A stretch of 64,000 nucleotides of DNA. It comes from Gammaproteobacteria bacterium (GTDB taxonomy: Bacteria > Pseudomonadota > Gammaproteobacteria > JAKDMP01). The notes below the pieces were generated by a model. The model did not search any database. It saw nothing but the letters and a program-made list of their open reading frames with translations, and had not been told where the DNA came from. Numbering within the stretch: the stretch's first letter is position 1; every line of letters begins with the position of its first letter. A program made the translations under genes and the position numbers. The stretch covers positions 608-64,607 of the forward strand of contig JBOIBN010000003.1 in assembly GCA_050739575.1 (NCBI GenBank), written 5' to 3'. This document shows positions 9,581-19,675 of this stretch, piece after piece.

Positions 9581-11472
9581 ATCGCTCTCCCGTCTTGTGG
9601 GACTCTGAATTGTCGGCGCAAGCGGTGGCGACCGGAGCATGCCTGCTCGCCGAACCCTGGGTGGATTCGAAGCGGTTCTACTGGCTGCAGAGCCTGCCGG
9701 CCGAAGGCGGGCGGATCACGGTCATGGCGGCCGCCGCCTGCGCCACTCCTCGCTCTTTGGTGACGGCGCCGTTGAGCGTGCGTAGCCGAGTGAACGAATA
9801 CGGCGGCGGCGCCTATGCCGTCGCGCCCGCTGCGCTCTGGTTCGTGAACGATGAGGATCAGGCGTTGTGGCGCGTTACCGCGGACGGGGGCGGGCCGGTC
9901 TTCCGGCGCGAGGGCGTCGCGCTCGGCGATCTCGCCTGGGACAGCGCACGGCGGCGCATTCTGGCCGTGGCCGAGGATCGGTATGCGCCCAGGCAGGTAT
10001 GCCAGCGTTTGATTGCGATCGGAGAAGGCGGCGAGGTTACGGTACTCGCGTCCGGCGCGGACTTTTACGCCGCGCCACGCCCGGCGCCAAACGGCGCTGC
10101 GCTTGCCTGGCTGGAATGGTCCGCGCCGGACATGCCCTGGGATGTAACGCGTCTGATGTACGCGCGGATCAATGAGCGGGGCAACGTCATCGATATTCAT
10201 CCTGTGGCCGGCGGTTCCGGTGAATCGCTCGCGCAACCGGAATGGTCGCCCGAAGGTGATTTATACGTCGTTTCGGACCGCGAAGGCGGATTCTGGAATC
10301 TTCATCGGGTGAGCGAAAACGGTCTCGAGGCGGTACGCCGCGCTCCGGCCGAATGCGCACGGCCGGCCTTTGTGTTTGCACAGCGGCAGTATGCCTTCAC
10401 GCCCGCTGGCGGTCTCATCCTCGCCGAAGTGGGCGATGGACTGTGGCGTTGTCTGGAGGGACGGCGCGACGGCGGCGATTTCAAGGGAATCCTGCCAGGG
10501 CTCACCGAGATCGCCGGGGTTGCGGCCGGGTCCGCCGGCATTGCGGTGCTCGGCGGCGGCGCCACCGAGCCCCTCGCGCTGTGGGCGCGGGCGGGCGCGG
10601 AACCGGAATTCCGCCGCCTTGCGGGCAGCCTCGATTTTGCGCTCGATCCAGGTTATCTGAGCAAGGTCGAATCGCTCAACTTTGCAAGCGCCGATGGCGC
10701 GATCACGCACGGACTTTATTTCCCGCCCGCGCATCCGCGCATGCATGTCGCCGGAGCGGTGCCGGTGCGCGTGCGTTGTCACGGCGGACCCACTTCGGCC
10801 GCTTCGAGTGCGCTGGAGTCGAAGACACTTTACTGGACCAGCCGTGGCTTCGGCGTGCTCGAACTCAACTACCGCGGCTCCAGCGGCTACGGCCGCAGCT
10901 ATCGCGAGGCGCTCTACGGCAACTGGGGCGTCGTCGACGTCGCCGATGCCTGGGCTGCGGCCCGCGGACTCGTCGCCGCCGGCGTGGCCGATCCTCGAAG
11001 CCTCGTCATCGCTGGCGGCAGCGCTGGCGGACTTACCGTGCTGCTCGCGCTCATCGGCGATAGTCCGTATGCCGCCGGCGCGAGTTACTACGGCGTAACC
11101 GATCTTGCCCGACTGGCGCAACATACGCACCGTTTCGAGTCCCATTACGGTGACCGGCTTGTGGGCCCTTGGCCCGCTGCCCGCGCGTTATATCTCGAAC
11201 GTTCGCCGCTGGAACGGATGGAAGAGATAACCTGCCCGGTAATTTTCTTTCAGGGGCTGAACGACCCGGTCGTGCCGCCAGCGCAGAGCGAACGCATGGC
11301 ACGTGCTCTCGCCGGGCGCGGCGTGACAGTGGCCTACGAAACCTTTGCCGGCGAGCGCCATGGCTTTCGCCGCCCGGAAACGATCGCCCGCACGCTCGCC
11401 GCCGAACTCGACTTCTACGTTCGCGTCCTCGATTCCGCGCCTTCAGCGACTCTTGATCCGAACCCCGGTTAA
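9577..11472 (+). CDS. S9-family serine peptidase (prolyl oligopeptidase/acylaminoacyl peptidase-like) with N-terminal beta-propeller
   Basis: GGSAGG nucleophile motif and C-terminal alpha/beta hydrolase with D...H. ATGA start/stop overlap with the upstream NRDE gene. Confidence 0.8.
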   Translation: MNRSPVLWDSELSAQAVATGACLLAEPWVDSKRFYWLQSLPAEGGRITVMAAAACATPRSLVTAPLSVRSRVNEYGGGAYAVAPAALWFVNDEDQALWRVTADGGGPVFRREGVALGDLAWDSARRRILAVAEDRYAPRQVCQRLIAIGEGGEVTVLASGADFYAAPRPAPNGAALAWLEWSAPDMPWDVTRLMYARINERGNVIDIHPVAGGSGESLAQPEWSPEGDLYVVSDREGGFWNLHRVSENGLEAVRRAPAECARPAFVFAQRQYAFTPAGGLILAEVGDGLWRCLEGRRDGGDFKGILPGLTEIAGVAAGSAGIAVLGGGATEPLALWARAGAEPEFRRLAGSLDFALDPGYLSKVESLNFASADGAITHGLYFPPAHPRMHVAGAVPVRVRCHGGPTSAASSALESKTLYWTSRGFGVLELNYRGSSGYGRSYREALYGNWGVVDVADAWAAARGLVAAGVADPRSLVIAGGSAGGLTVLLALIGDSPYAAGASYYGVTDLARLAQHTHRFESHYGDRLVGPWPAARALYLERSPLERMEEITCPVIFFQGLNDPVVPPAQSERMARALAGRGVTVAYETFAGERHGFRRPETIARTLAAELDFYVRVLDSAPSATLDPNPG

Positions 11473-11564
11473 CGGCTTCGGCACTATGTGTACAGGCCTC
11501 GTGCGGAAGACGCCGCATAAGGCGGAAAGATCGCTGCGCGGCTCCCTCGGTGCTTGATCCGGCG

Positions 11565-12620
11565 TCAGGTGAAGTGGATTTTCGCCTCGAGGTTGGCGCG
11601 TGAATCGGCGTTGGCGAGGGCCTCGTCGAGTGAAATGCGGCCCTCGCGATACAGAGCCAAAAGGGCCTGATCGAAACTTTGCATCCCAGGCTCGCCCGAA
11701 TCTTCCATGGCCGCCTTGATTTCGCGCAGGCGGCTCTCCCGGATGAGATCCGCAATGAAGGGTGTGTTCAGCATCACCTCGACGGCGGGGAGCAATTTGC
11801 CGTCCAAGCCGGTGAGGAGACGCTGCGAGATCACCGCGCGCAGATTGGCGCTCAAGTCGAGCAGAATCTCATGCTGCATGAGTTCTGGGAACATGCTCAG
11901 GATCCGGTCCAGCGTCTGCGCCGCATTCGTCGTGTGCAGGGTGGAAAGCCCGAAGTGTCCCGTGTTGGCAAGCGTGATCACGGCGCCCATCGTCGCGCGA
12001 TCGTGAATTTCGCCCACCATCACCACGTCGGGTGCGGCGCGCAGCGCGCTGCGCAGGGCGAGAGGATAGGAAGGCGTATCGGTGAACAGCTCGCGCTGGT
12101 TGACGATCGAACGCCGATGCGCGTGGGTAAATTCGATCGGATCTTCGATCGTGATGATGTGATCGGCGCGTTCGCGGTTGCGCTTGTCGAGCATCGCGGC
12201 GAGCGTGGTGGATTTGCCGGCGCCGCTCGCGCCGACCATGAGTATCAGACCGCGCGGCGACATCGCAAGTTCGCCCAGAATCGGAGGCAGGTTCAGCGTC
12301 TCCAGCGCAGGGATTTCCGCCGGGATATAGCGGATCGTGAGCGACGTCATGCCGCGCTGGCGGAAAACATTGAAACGGAAGCGGCCGTTCTCCGGATCTT
12401 CGAATCCGAAATCAACTTGTAGTTGTTCGCGAAAGCGTTGCCGCTGGTTTTCGTTCATCAGGCCGGTCGCGGCAACTTCGATGTCATGGTCCGAGGGCGT
12501 CTCCTCTCCGACGGAGAGCATTTGTCCCTCGACCCGGAGTTTGAGGCGTGCATTCGCCGTCAAGTAAAGATCTGAGGCCGAGCGCTCGCGCATGAGCTGG
12601 AGATACGGTTTCAATTGCAT
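11565..12620 (-). CDS. PilT/PilU-family type IV pilus retraction ATPase (third paralog)
   Basis: Walker A GASGAGKST. PilT signature region AHRRSIVNQRE plus His-box GHFGLSTLHT. Confidence 0.8.
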   Translation of the reverse strand: MQLKPYLQLMRERSASDLYLTANARLKLRVEGQMLSVGEETPSDHDIEVAATGLMNENQRQRFREQLQVDFGFEDPENGRFRFNVFRQRGMTSLTIRYIPAEIPALETLNLPPILGELAMSPRGLILMVGASGAGKSTTLAAMLDKRNRERADHIITIEDPIEFTHAHRRSIVNQRELFTDTPSYPLALRSALRAAPDVVMVGEIHDRATMGAVITLANTGHFGLSTLHTTNAAQTLDRILSMFPELMQHEILLDLSANLRAVISQRLLTGLDGKLLPAVEVMLNTPFIADLIRESRLREIKAAMEDSGEPGMQSFDQALLALYREGRISLDEALANADSRANLEAKIHFT

Positions 12621-12707
12621 GTGTGACTCCCGCGGAGGTGACGGACGCAGGCTGCCCACAGGCGGCGCGCAACCAGCGGCGCCCGCTGCACCCCCACTTC
12701 CCGCCTG

Positions 12708-13868
12708 TCAGCTGAGGCGCCGGCCATGGTCGGCGTCATCGAGCGTCATGCTGTCCAGTCCCTCGTCGAAGCGGTGATCCTCGCGTTTGCTCTCGAGCTT
12801 GATGCGCAGCCGGAGTTCGTTCTGGGAATCGGCATTGCGTATGGCCTCTTCGTAGACCACGGCGCCGGATTCGTAGAGATTGAAAATGGATTGATCGAAG
12901 GTCTGCATCCCGGCGCGCGGGGACTTCGCCATGACTTCCTTCAGCCCCGCCACGTCGCCCTTGAAGATCATGTCGGCGACGAGCGGTGTATTGATAAGTA
13001 CCTCGACGGCGGGCAGGCGGCCCTCGCCGCCCGCCTTGCGCATCAGCCGCTGGGATATGACTGCCTTCAGATTGAACGAAAGGTCCATCAGCAACTGTTG
13101 GCGCCGCTCTTGCGTGTAGAGATTGATGATGCGGTCGAGCGCCTGATTGGCGTTGGTGGCGTGCAGCGTGGCGAGGCACAAGTGGCCGGTTTCGGCGAAA
13201 ATCACCGCCTGCTCCATGGTTTCGCGGTCGCGGATCTCGCCGATCTGGACGACGTCAGGCGCCTGGCGCAGCACGTTCTTGAGCGCGGTGTGCCATTCGG
13301 TCGTATCCACGCCGACTTCGCGCTGGGTCACGACGCAACCCGCGTGTTCGTGCACGTATTCGATCGGATCCTCGATGGTCACGATGTGGCCGTGCGAATT
13401 GCGATTGCGATGGCCGATCAAGGCGGCGAGCGTGGCCGTCTTGCCGGCTCCGGTCGCGCCGACCACGATCACGAGGCCGCGTGGGGTCAGCGCGATGTCC
13501 TTCAGCGCCGGCGGCAGGTTGAGTTCTTCGACGGTCGGGATCGTAGGGCTGATGGTGCGCAGCACCGCACCCTGGCGTCCGCGCTGCACGAAGGCGCTCA
13601 CCCGGAACCGGCCGATCCCCTCCGGGCTGATCGCGAAGTTGCATTCCTTGGTGGCGTCGAACTCGCGATTTTGCCGGTCGTTCATGATTGCGCGCACGAG
13701 GACTGCGCTCTGTTCGCCGCTAAGCGGGCTTTCGGTAAGGGGTCGCACCTGACCGTCCACCCGGATCGCCGGCGGAAACCCGGCGGTGATGATGAGATCC
13801 GAGGCGCCGTGGGTAAGCATGGAGCGCAGCAAATCCTGCATGAACCCTGCGGCCTGTTCGAGTTCCAT
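12708..13868 (-). CDS. pilU: type IV pilus ATPase PilU with ~45-aa acidic C-terminal extension
   Basis: Walker A GATGAGKT. HEHAGCVVTQREV and GHLCLATLHATNA motifs. Position between pilT and a third paralog. Confidence 0.8.
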   Translation of the reverse strand: MELEQAAGFMQDLLRSMLTHGASDLIITAGFPPAIRVDGQVRPLTESPLSGEQSAVLVRAIMNDRQNREFDATKECNFAISPEGIGRFRVSAFVQRGRQGAVLRTISPTIPTVEELNLPPALKDIALTPRGLVIVVGATGAGKTATLAALIGHRNRNSHGHIVTIEDPIEYVHEHAGCVVTQREVGVDTTEWHTALKNVLRQAPDVVQIGEIRDRETMEQAVIFAETGHLCLATLHATNANQALDRIINLYTQERRQQLLMDLSFNLKAVISQRLMRKAGGEGRLPAVEVLINTPLVADMIFKGDVAGLKEVMAKSPRAGMQTFDQSIFNLYESGAVVYEEAIRNADSQNELRLRIKLESKREDHRFDEGLDSMTLDDADHGRRLS

Positions 13869-13894
13869 CGGCGCTCCCGGGCCCTGGGCCGCGG

Positions 13895-14938
13895 TCACAG
13901 GAAGTTGTCCTTGTTCTGGGCCTTGAGACGCGCGTCTTCGCGGTTGATAAGGCCGTGGCGCAGCAGTTCCTTGAGGGACTGATCCAGGGTCTGCATGCCG
14001 ACGCCCTGTCCGGTCTGGATCGTCGAGTAGAGCTGGGGAACCTTGCCTTCGCGGATGAGGTTGCGCACCGCCGGCGTACCGATCATGATTTCCCATGCGG
14101 CAATGCGTCCGCCGCCGTTCTTCTTCATCAGGGTCTGTGCGATCACCGCACGCAGCGACTCCGAGAGCATGCCGCGCACCATCTCCTTCTCGCCGGCGGG
14201 GAAGACGTCTACCACCCGGTCAATGGTCTTGGCGGCCGAGCTCGTATGCAGGGTGGCGAACACGAGATGGCCGGTTTCGGCCGCGGTCAAAGCGAGGCGG
14301 ATGGTTTCGAGATCGCGCATCTCGCCGACCAGGATCACGTCCGGGTCCTCGCGCAGTGCGCTGCGCAGGGCCTCGGCAAAACCGAGCGTGTCGCGGTGCA
14401 CCTCGCGCTGGTTGATCAGGCACTTCTTGGATTCGTGCACGAACTCGATCGGATCCTCGATCGTCACGATGTGCGCGTTCCAGTTTTCGTTGACGAAGTT
14501 CACCATCGCGGCGAGTGTCGTGGTCTTGCCGGAGCCGGTCGGTCCGGTCACCAGCACGATGCCGCGCGGCTGCATCGCGATATCCCGGAACACCGGCGGT
14601 GCTCCGACGTCCTCGAGCGTCACCACGCCCTGGGGGATGGTCCGGAATACCGCGCCGGGGCCGTTTTTCTGATTGAACGCATTCACCCGGAAGCGGGCGA
14701 GGCCCGGGATCTCGAAGGAAAAGTCGGTCTCCAGGAATTCTTCATAGTTCTTGCGTTGCCGGTCGCTCATGATGTCGTAGAGCATGTCGTGCACATCCTT
14801 GTGCTCGAGTACCGGCTCATTGATGCGGCGCATGTCCCCATCCACCCGGATCATGGGCGGCACCCCCGTCGACAGGTGCAGATCCGAGGCGTTGTGCCTC
14901 TTGCCGAAGGCCAGAAGCTGGGAAACGTCCAGTGCCAT
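13895..14938 (-). CDS. pilT: twitching-motility ATPase PilT
   Basis: 348 aa. GPTGSGKTTT Walker A, PilT motif AIVNFVNENWNAHIVTIEDPIEF, and GHLVFATLHTSSA His-box. Divergent from proC/yggT as in Pseudomonas. Confidence 0.88.
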   Translation of the reverse strand: MALDVSQLLAFGKRHNASDLHLSTGVPPMIRVDGDMRRINEPVLEHKDVHDMLYDIMSDRQRKNYEEFLETDFSFEIPGLARFRVNAFNQKNGPGAVFRTIPQGVVTLEDVGAPPVFRDIAMQPRGIVLVTGPTGSGKTTTLAAMVNFVNENWNAHIVTIEDPIEFVHESKKCLINQREVHRDTLGFAEALRSALREDPDVILVGEMRDLETIRLALTAAETGHLVFATLHTSSAAKTIDRVVDVFPAGEKEMVRGMLSESLRAVIAQTLMKKNGGGRIAAWEIMIGTPAVRNLIREGKVPQLYSTIQTGQGVGMQTLDQSLKELLRHGLINREDARLKAQNKDNFL

Positions 14939-15054
14939 TCGTCGCGCCCCCCCTTGATCTTTGCGCATCTTATAACGTGTTGGCCGCTTATGTGCAAGCC
15001 TTAGGCTCCCGGCGCGGTAGCGAGCCCTCGATCCGGTGCCTATAGAATGTCGGC

Positions 15055-15900
15055 TTGGCGGCAAAATACACGGGTGGTCGGGTGACGTACGGCGGCCGAG
15101 TTGCCTTTATCGGCGGCGGCAACATGGCGCAGAGTCTCGCGGGCGGACTGATCGCCGCGGGCTGGCCGGCACCGGCGCTCGCCATCGCCGACCCCGACCC
15201 CATGCAGCGCGATCGTCTCGCACGTTTCGCGCCGGCCGCGATCACGGCTGACAATGCGATGGCCGTGACCGGCGCGCAACTGGTCGTACTCGCGGTCAAG
15301 CCGCAAGCGGCGGCGCAGGCGCTTGCCGAGGTGGCCGAAGTATTGCGGCGCGAACGTCCGCTGCTGCTTTCCATCGCGGCGGGTTTGCGTCTTGCCGCCA
15401 TCGAGTCCGCCGTCGGAGCTGAACTCGCTGCCGTGCGGGCGATGCCGAACATGGCGGCGCTCGTCGGCCGCGGGGCGAGTGCCTTTTTTGCCAATGCGCG
15501 GGTGGACGCTGCCGGGCGGGCACTTGTACGCGAGGTATTGGAAGCCGTGGGCATGACGGTCGAGGTGGACGAGGAGACGCTGCTCGATGCGGTGACGGCG
15601 GTCTCGGGCAGCGGACCCGCGTATTTCTTTTTGTTGGTCGAGACCTTGGCCGAAGCGGGAGTGGCGGCGGGACTCAGGCGCGAGACTGCACTTACGCTTG
15701 CGAGCGCCACAGGCGCCGGTGCGATGGCGCTTCTCGCCACGAGCGGCGAGACGCCAGCTGCGCTGCGCAAGCGGGTGACTTCGCCCGGCGGCACCACAGC
15801 CGCTGCGCTCGGGGAATTTGACCGCGGTGATTTCGCAGGATTGGTGCAACGCGCGGTGTTGTGCGCCGCACAGCGGGCGCGCGAACTCGGCGGCGGTTAG
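15055..15900 (+). CDS. proC: pyrroline-5-carboxylate reductase
   Basis: VAFIGGGNMAQSL Rossmann motif and ProC C-terminal STGGTT-like PGGTTAAAL. The start (TTG 15055 versus GTG 15082) is uncertain. Confidence 0.85.
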   Translation: MAAKYTGGRVTYGGRVAFIGGGNMAQSLAGGLIAAGWPAPALAIADPDPMQRDRLARFAPAAITADNAMAVTGAQLVVLAVKPQAAAQALAEVAEVLRRERPLLLSIAAGLRLAAIESAVGAELAAVRAMPNMAALVGRGASAFFANARVDAAGRALVREVLEAVGMTVEVDEETLLDAVTAVSGSGPAYFFLLVETLAEAGVAAGLRRETALTLASATGAGAMALLATSGETPAALRKRVTSPGGTTAAALGEFDRGDFAGLVQRAVLCAAQRARELGGG

Positions 15901-15913
15901 GGGCATGGGGACA

Positions 15914-16471
15914 ATGGCGGACAACGGCGTACGCGCGCTCATTTTCATAATCAACGTGGCGTTCACCCTTTACATTGCCGCCCTGTATCTGCGCATCCTG
16001 CTGCAGAAGCTGGGAGCGGATTACTACAACCCGCTCGTGCAATTCGTCGTGCGAATCACCGATCCGCCGGTGCGGCCGTTGCGGCGGCTGATTCCCGGCC
16101 TCGCGGGCTGGGACATGGCCTCGCTCACGCTCGCCGTCGTCTGTGCGGTGCTGAATGCCTGGCTCGTGCTCTCGCTGCTTGGACTCGGATCCGCGGGCAG
16201 CCTGATCGGCCGTTATGCGGGCATGAAGCTCCTCGCGGTGCTGATCAACCTTTATATCGTTTCGATTCTGGTGCAGGCGATCATGAGCTGGTTCAATCCC
16301 CGGCGCTACAATCCGATCGCCGTGGTGCTGTGGCGCCTGAATGAACCGCTGCTCGCGCCCGTGCGCCGGATTGTGCCGCCGCTTGGCATGTTCGATCTCT
16401 CGGCACTGATCGTCATCATCGTGCTGGAGGCGGTCTCGATTTTCCTCGGGCTTCCCGGCTTTCTTTCCTGA
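15914..16471 (+). CDS. yggT: YggT-family membrane protein
   Basis: Two YGGT repeats and 4 TM segments. Canonical proC-yggT adjacency. Confidence 0.8.
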   Translation: MADNGVRALIFIINVAFTLYIAALYLRILLQKLGADYYNPLVQFVVRITDPPVRPLRRLIPGLAGWDMASLTLAVVCAVLNAWLVLSLLGLGSAGSLIGRYAGMKLLAVLINLYIVSILVQAIMSWFNPRRYNPIAVVLWRLNEPLLAPVRRIVPPLGMFDLSALIVIIVLEAVSIFLGLPGFLS

Positions 16472-16582
16472 ACCGGCCCGACGTCGGTAGAACCGATAAA
16501 AGACTGCAAAAAGCCGTATTCTGTGCTATTGTTTGTTTCGCTTTTACCTTAACTTGGCCTACTGAATCAGGAGTTATTATTT

Positions 16583-16921
16583 ATGGCGAAGACAAACAAG
16601 GCTGGGGCTGCTTCTGCGGCCAAGCCGCTCACCAAGTCCGAGATCGTACGCTATGTCGCGGAACACAACGATCTCACCCGTGCCCAGGCTTCCGGCGTTC
16701 TCGAGTCGCTCGAGAAGCTCATCAAGCGTGAGTTGGGACGCAAGGGCCCCGGCGTATTCAATCTTGCCGGCCTGCTCAAGATTCGCTTGGCGAAAAAGGC
16801 CGCGACCAAGGCTCGCGAGGGCCGGAACCCCTTTACCGGCGAGACGATCATGATCAAGGCGAAACCGGCGCGGCACACGGTGCGTGTGACTGCGCTCAAG
16901 AAACTGAAGGAGATGGTTTAA
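16583..16921 (+). CDS. HU-family DNA-binding protein with Lys/Ala-rich N-terminal extension
   Basis: HU fold motifs (RKGPGVFNLAGLLKIRL, GRNPFTGETIMIKAK). An ~18-aa extension MAKTNKAGAASAAKPLTK precedes them. Confidence 0.8.
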   Translation: MAKTNKAGAASAAKPLTKSEIVRYVAEHNDLTRAQASGVLESLEKLIKRELGRKGPGVFNLAGLLKIRLAKKAATKAREGRNPFTGETIMIKAKPARHTVRVTALKKLKEMV

Positions 16922-16948
16922 GCCTCTCGAGGCTTAAGCGCAAGCCCG

Positions 16949-16980
16949 GGTGCCGCCGGTCCTGCGCCGGCGGCACCTTT
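16949..16980. terminator. bidirectional rho-independent terminator between convergent HU and terB-like genes
   Basis: 11-bp perfect stem ggtgccgccgg/ccggcggcacc with a 7-nt loop and flanking T/A runs. A second palindrome aagcctctcgaggctt lies at 16920-16935. Confidence 0.6.
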
Positions 16981-17443
16981 CAGTCCGCCTTGTCGAGGTG
17001 TTGTCGCACCGCCACCTTGATGCGTATGAGATCGGAGTGACGCACGTGCAGCAGATCGCCCACCTTGTGCGCCAGATAATCCTCGTTGCCGTCCAGGCTG
17101 CCATCGGCGAAGGCAACCTCCCACAGGGCCTCGATCACCGCGAACTTTTCCTGCTCGTCGAGCCCGACGTCGAGGGCACGAGTGTGTTCGAAGAGCGATA
17201 CCGCGCGATCTGCCGCGCGCTCGCCTTGGGCGAGGAGACGCTTCGCCGTTTCGGCATCAAGACCGAAACGGCGTGCGAGCATCCTCTGTGCCATTTCGCG
17301 TTCGCCGGGATCGCTCCGGTAATCGGCGCGCATCATCTCGACCAGTAACGCGGCAAGCGCGAGTTCCGTGCCTTCCAGTTGCGCGTCGCTTGATTCGGAT
17401 GCCGTAAACCACCGGCGCAGCCGCGCTCGCAATACCGCTTCCA
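16980..17443 (-). CDS. TerB-family (tellurite-resistance TerB-like) protein
   Basis: ~150 aa with paired helical repeats ending 'EALWEVAFADGSLDGNEDYLAHKVGDLL', typical of TerB N-domain proteins. Confidence 0.6.
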
Positions 17444-18115
17444 TCAGTTTTCTTTCTCCTCGGTGGTCCGGCCCGGCACGAGCACTGCGAGCACACGCTC
17501 GCGCAGTTCCCTCAACCGGCCGTGAAAAAAATGCCCGGCGCCTGCGATCACCTGCAACTCGGGCACCGGTTCGAGTCCGCGCGCCCATTCGAACACCGTC
17601 TGCGGATTGACGACTTCGTCGGCATCGCCCTGAACCAGCAGCCAGCATGCGGCGCGCGGCGCGCCCCCGGGTAGACCGTAATCACCGAAGTTTTTCACGG
17701 GCGGTGCGACGGTCACCAGAATCGCGCAGGGCTCGGCGAGACTTACCTTGATGACCATCGCCGCGCCGAAAGAAAACCCGAGCCGCCAGCGCTGCAGTCC
17801 GGGAAAGCGGTTTGCAAGCCATTGTTCCGCCGCCCGCAGATCCTCCGCTTCGCCGTGTCCTCCGTCCCAAGTGCCTTCGCTTGCGCCTACGCCGCGGAAA
17901 TTGAAGCGCAGCGCCGCGGCGCCGGCTTCAACGGCGGCGCGTGCGAGCGTGAACGCCACCTTGTTGTTCAATGTCCCCTGATACAACGGGTGCGGGTGAC
18001 AGACCACGGCATTTGCACGCGGGGCGGTGTCGCGCGGACATTCAAGCATCGCTTCGAGTCGACCTGCGGGGCCGGGAATTAAGAATTTCTGGCGTTCGCT
18101 GGCCGTGCGGGTCAT
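17444..18115 (-). CDS. alpha/beta hydrolase (Dienelactone-hydrolase/Ser-hydrolase-like)
   Basis: Nucleophile elbow GFSFGA and C-terminal GAGHFF histidine motif. Confidence 0.65.
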   Translation of the reverse strand: MTRTASERQKFLIPGPAGRLEAMLECPRDTAPRANAVVCHPHPLYQGTLNNKVAFTLARAAVEAGAAALRFNFRGVGASEGTWDGGHGEAEDLRAAEQWLANRFPGLQRWRLGFSFGAAMVIKVSLAEPCAILVTVAPPVKNFGDYGLPGGAPRAACWLLVQGDADEVVNPQTVFEWARGLEPVPELQVIAGAGHFFHGRLRELRERVLAVLVPGRTTEEKEN

Positions 18116-18369
18116 TTGCCCTTTTGCAAACCTGGTGGGCTACATTTTAACGGACGCGTCATTTACGGCATGCCAGACGATAGGGGCATAAAGGCAGCGA
18201 GGAACTGTCGGAATCAACGGGTGTAATATGCAAAACGGGTAGGCGACCTGTGCGCGGCCGACATGCAGGCACTGGTTTATAAAGACCAATCGGCAAGGAA
18301 TGCCGAAGCCGTCCGCATTCAAAAGGCAACGCTCTCCCGGGGGTTTAAAGGGAGGACAAGGAGGACATA

Positions 18370-18678
18370 ATGGACATCGCAAATTACGGCAAAAGACTGT
18401 TGGGCGGCGTCGCAATCGGATCGATGAGCTTGTTGACCGCTTGCGTAGTGCAGTCCGCTCCACCACCGGCGCCGGCTCTCGCATTGACCGCCGCGCCCAC
18501 GACTGCCCCTTGTGCCAGTTGCGGGGTAATTACCTCAATCCAGGCGATTGCGCCGAGCGATTACCGGGTAAGCATCCGTCTGGACACTGGGGCGATGGAG
18601 ACCCTGGATCAGGCCCAGCAGCCGGCTTTCCGGGTCGGAGATCGGGTGCAGATTCTCCAGCGGACCTCGTCCCCTTAG
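18370..18678 (+). CDS. small hypothetical lipoprotein
   Basis: AAGGAGG RBS. Signal peptide with LTAC lipobox. Pro/Ala linker followed by a small C-terminal domain. Confidence 0.5.
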   Translation: MDIANYGKRLLGGVAIGSMSLLTACVVQSAPPPAPALALTAAPTTAPCASCGVITSIQAIAPSDYRVSIRLDTGAMETLDQAQQPAFRVGDRVQILQRTSSP

Positions 18679-19004
18679 CAGTAGCGCAACGCCGAATTTT
18701 GTGGTCGGCTGCGTAATAAGATCTCTGGGTAAGGCGAGTCCGGACATGTGCCGGACTCGTCGCACCTGAGAAATTCACGGACGAATCGACCAGAGTTTCC
18801 GTTAAGAGCCGGTATATGTGTGGGCTGTGCCGGGGGAAAAGCCTTTAGCGGCGGCTTGGTTGCGCGGAGCTAAACGCGGGGCGGCACGGAGTTCCATTGA
18901 CGTGGGCGATGTCAACGTACATCCTTCGAACGTGCAGCACGGATATTGGAATCGAGTCGCCCTCGGATTGCTATGATGTTTTGGGTTGGCGGGGAGTTTG
19001 GCCG

Positions 19005-19640
19005 ATGAAGCTCGTAATCGAGGATCTGGACAACGGCGGCTGGATTGCCGCGCGTTTTGCCTTCGGCGTGCAAGATGCCGAGGAGCATGTGCGTCTGGGA
19101 GACAATCACAACCCCGCTATCCACTGGTCCCAGGAGCCGGCCGGCACCCGCACTCTGGTGCTGCTCTGCTACGACGACGACGTGCCGGCGCGCGCGGACG
19201 ACGTCAATCGAGAAGATCGGACCATCCCGCGCGATTTTCCGCGTATGCGCTTCTACCACTGGGTCATGGTGGATATTGCTCCGGGAGCCGAGTTGATTCC
19301 CGAGGCGGACGTCTCCGACGAGGTTACCCCGCGCGGGAAACATCCGTCCAAGGTGCCGGCTGGCGCGCGTCAGGGTCTCAACGACTTCACTGGGTTCCTG
19401 CAGGGCGACCCGCAGATGACCGGCAAGTACTACGGTTATGACGGACCCTGCCCGCCATGGAACGATGAGCGGATGCACCACTACCACTTCGTCTTGTATG
19501 CGACGGATCTCGAGCGCTGCCCGGTCGAGGGAGACTTCACGGGAGCCGATGTCGAGGCCGCGATCGCCGGTCACGTACTGGAATCGGCAATCGTGACGGG
19601 CCGTTATAGCCTCTATCTGCCGCTGCTCGGGAAGGCCTGA
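19005..19640 (+). CDS. YbhB/YbcL-family PEBP (Raf-kinase-inhibitor-like) protein
   Basis: PEBP signature HYHWVMVDI plus YGYDGPCPP...HHYHFVLYA. Confidence 0.8.
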   Translation: MKLVIEDLDNGGWIAARFAFGVQDAEEHVRLGDNHNPAIHWSQEPAGTRTLVLLCYDDDVPARADDVNREDRTIPRDFPRMRFYHWVMVDIAPGAELIPEADVSDEVTPRGKHPSKVPAGARQGLNDFTGFLQGDPQMTGKYYGYDGPCPPWNDERMHHYHFVLYATDLERCPVEGDFTGADVEAAIAGHVLESAIVTGRYSLYLPLLGKA

Positions 19641-19675
19641 AGCGCTCGTCGTGGCTGCAGAGCGCGGTCGCCGCC

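Noticed and set aside
12726-15004. 418-aa and 349-aa plus-strand ORFs across the pilU/pilT region
   Set aside because: Antisense to genes with unmistakable PilT-family motifs. Their compositions are biased (Arg/His/Gly-rich).
18140-18484. 114-aa Cys/Pro-rich minus-strand ORF
   Set aside because: It overlaps the lipoprotein start and RBS on the other strand. No supporting signals.
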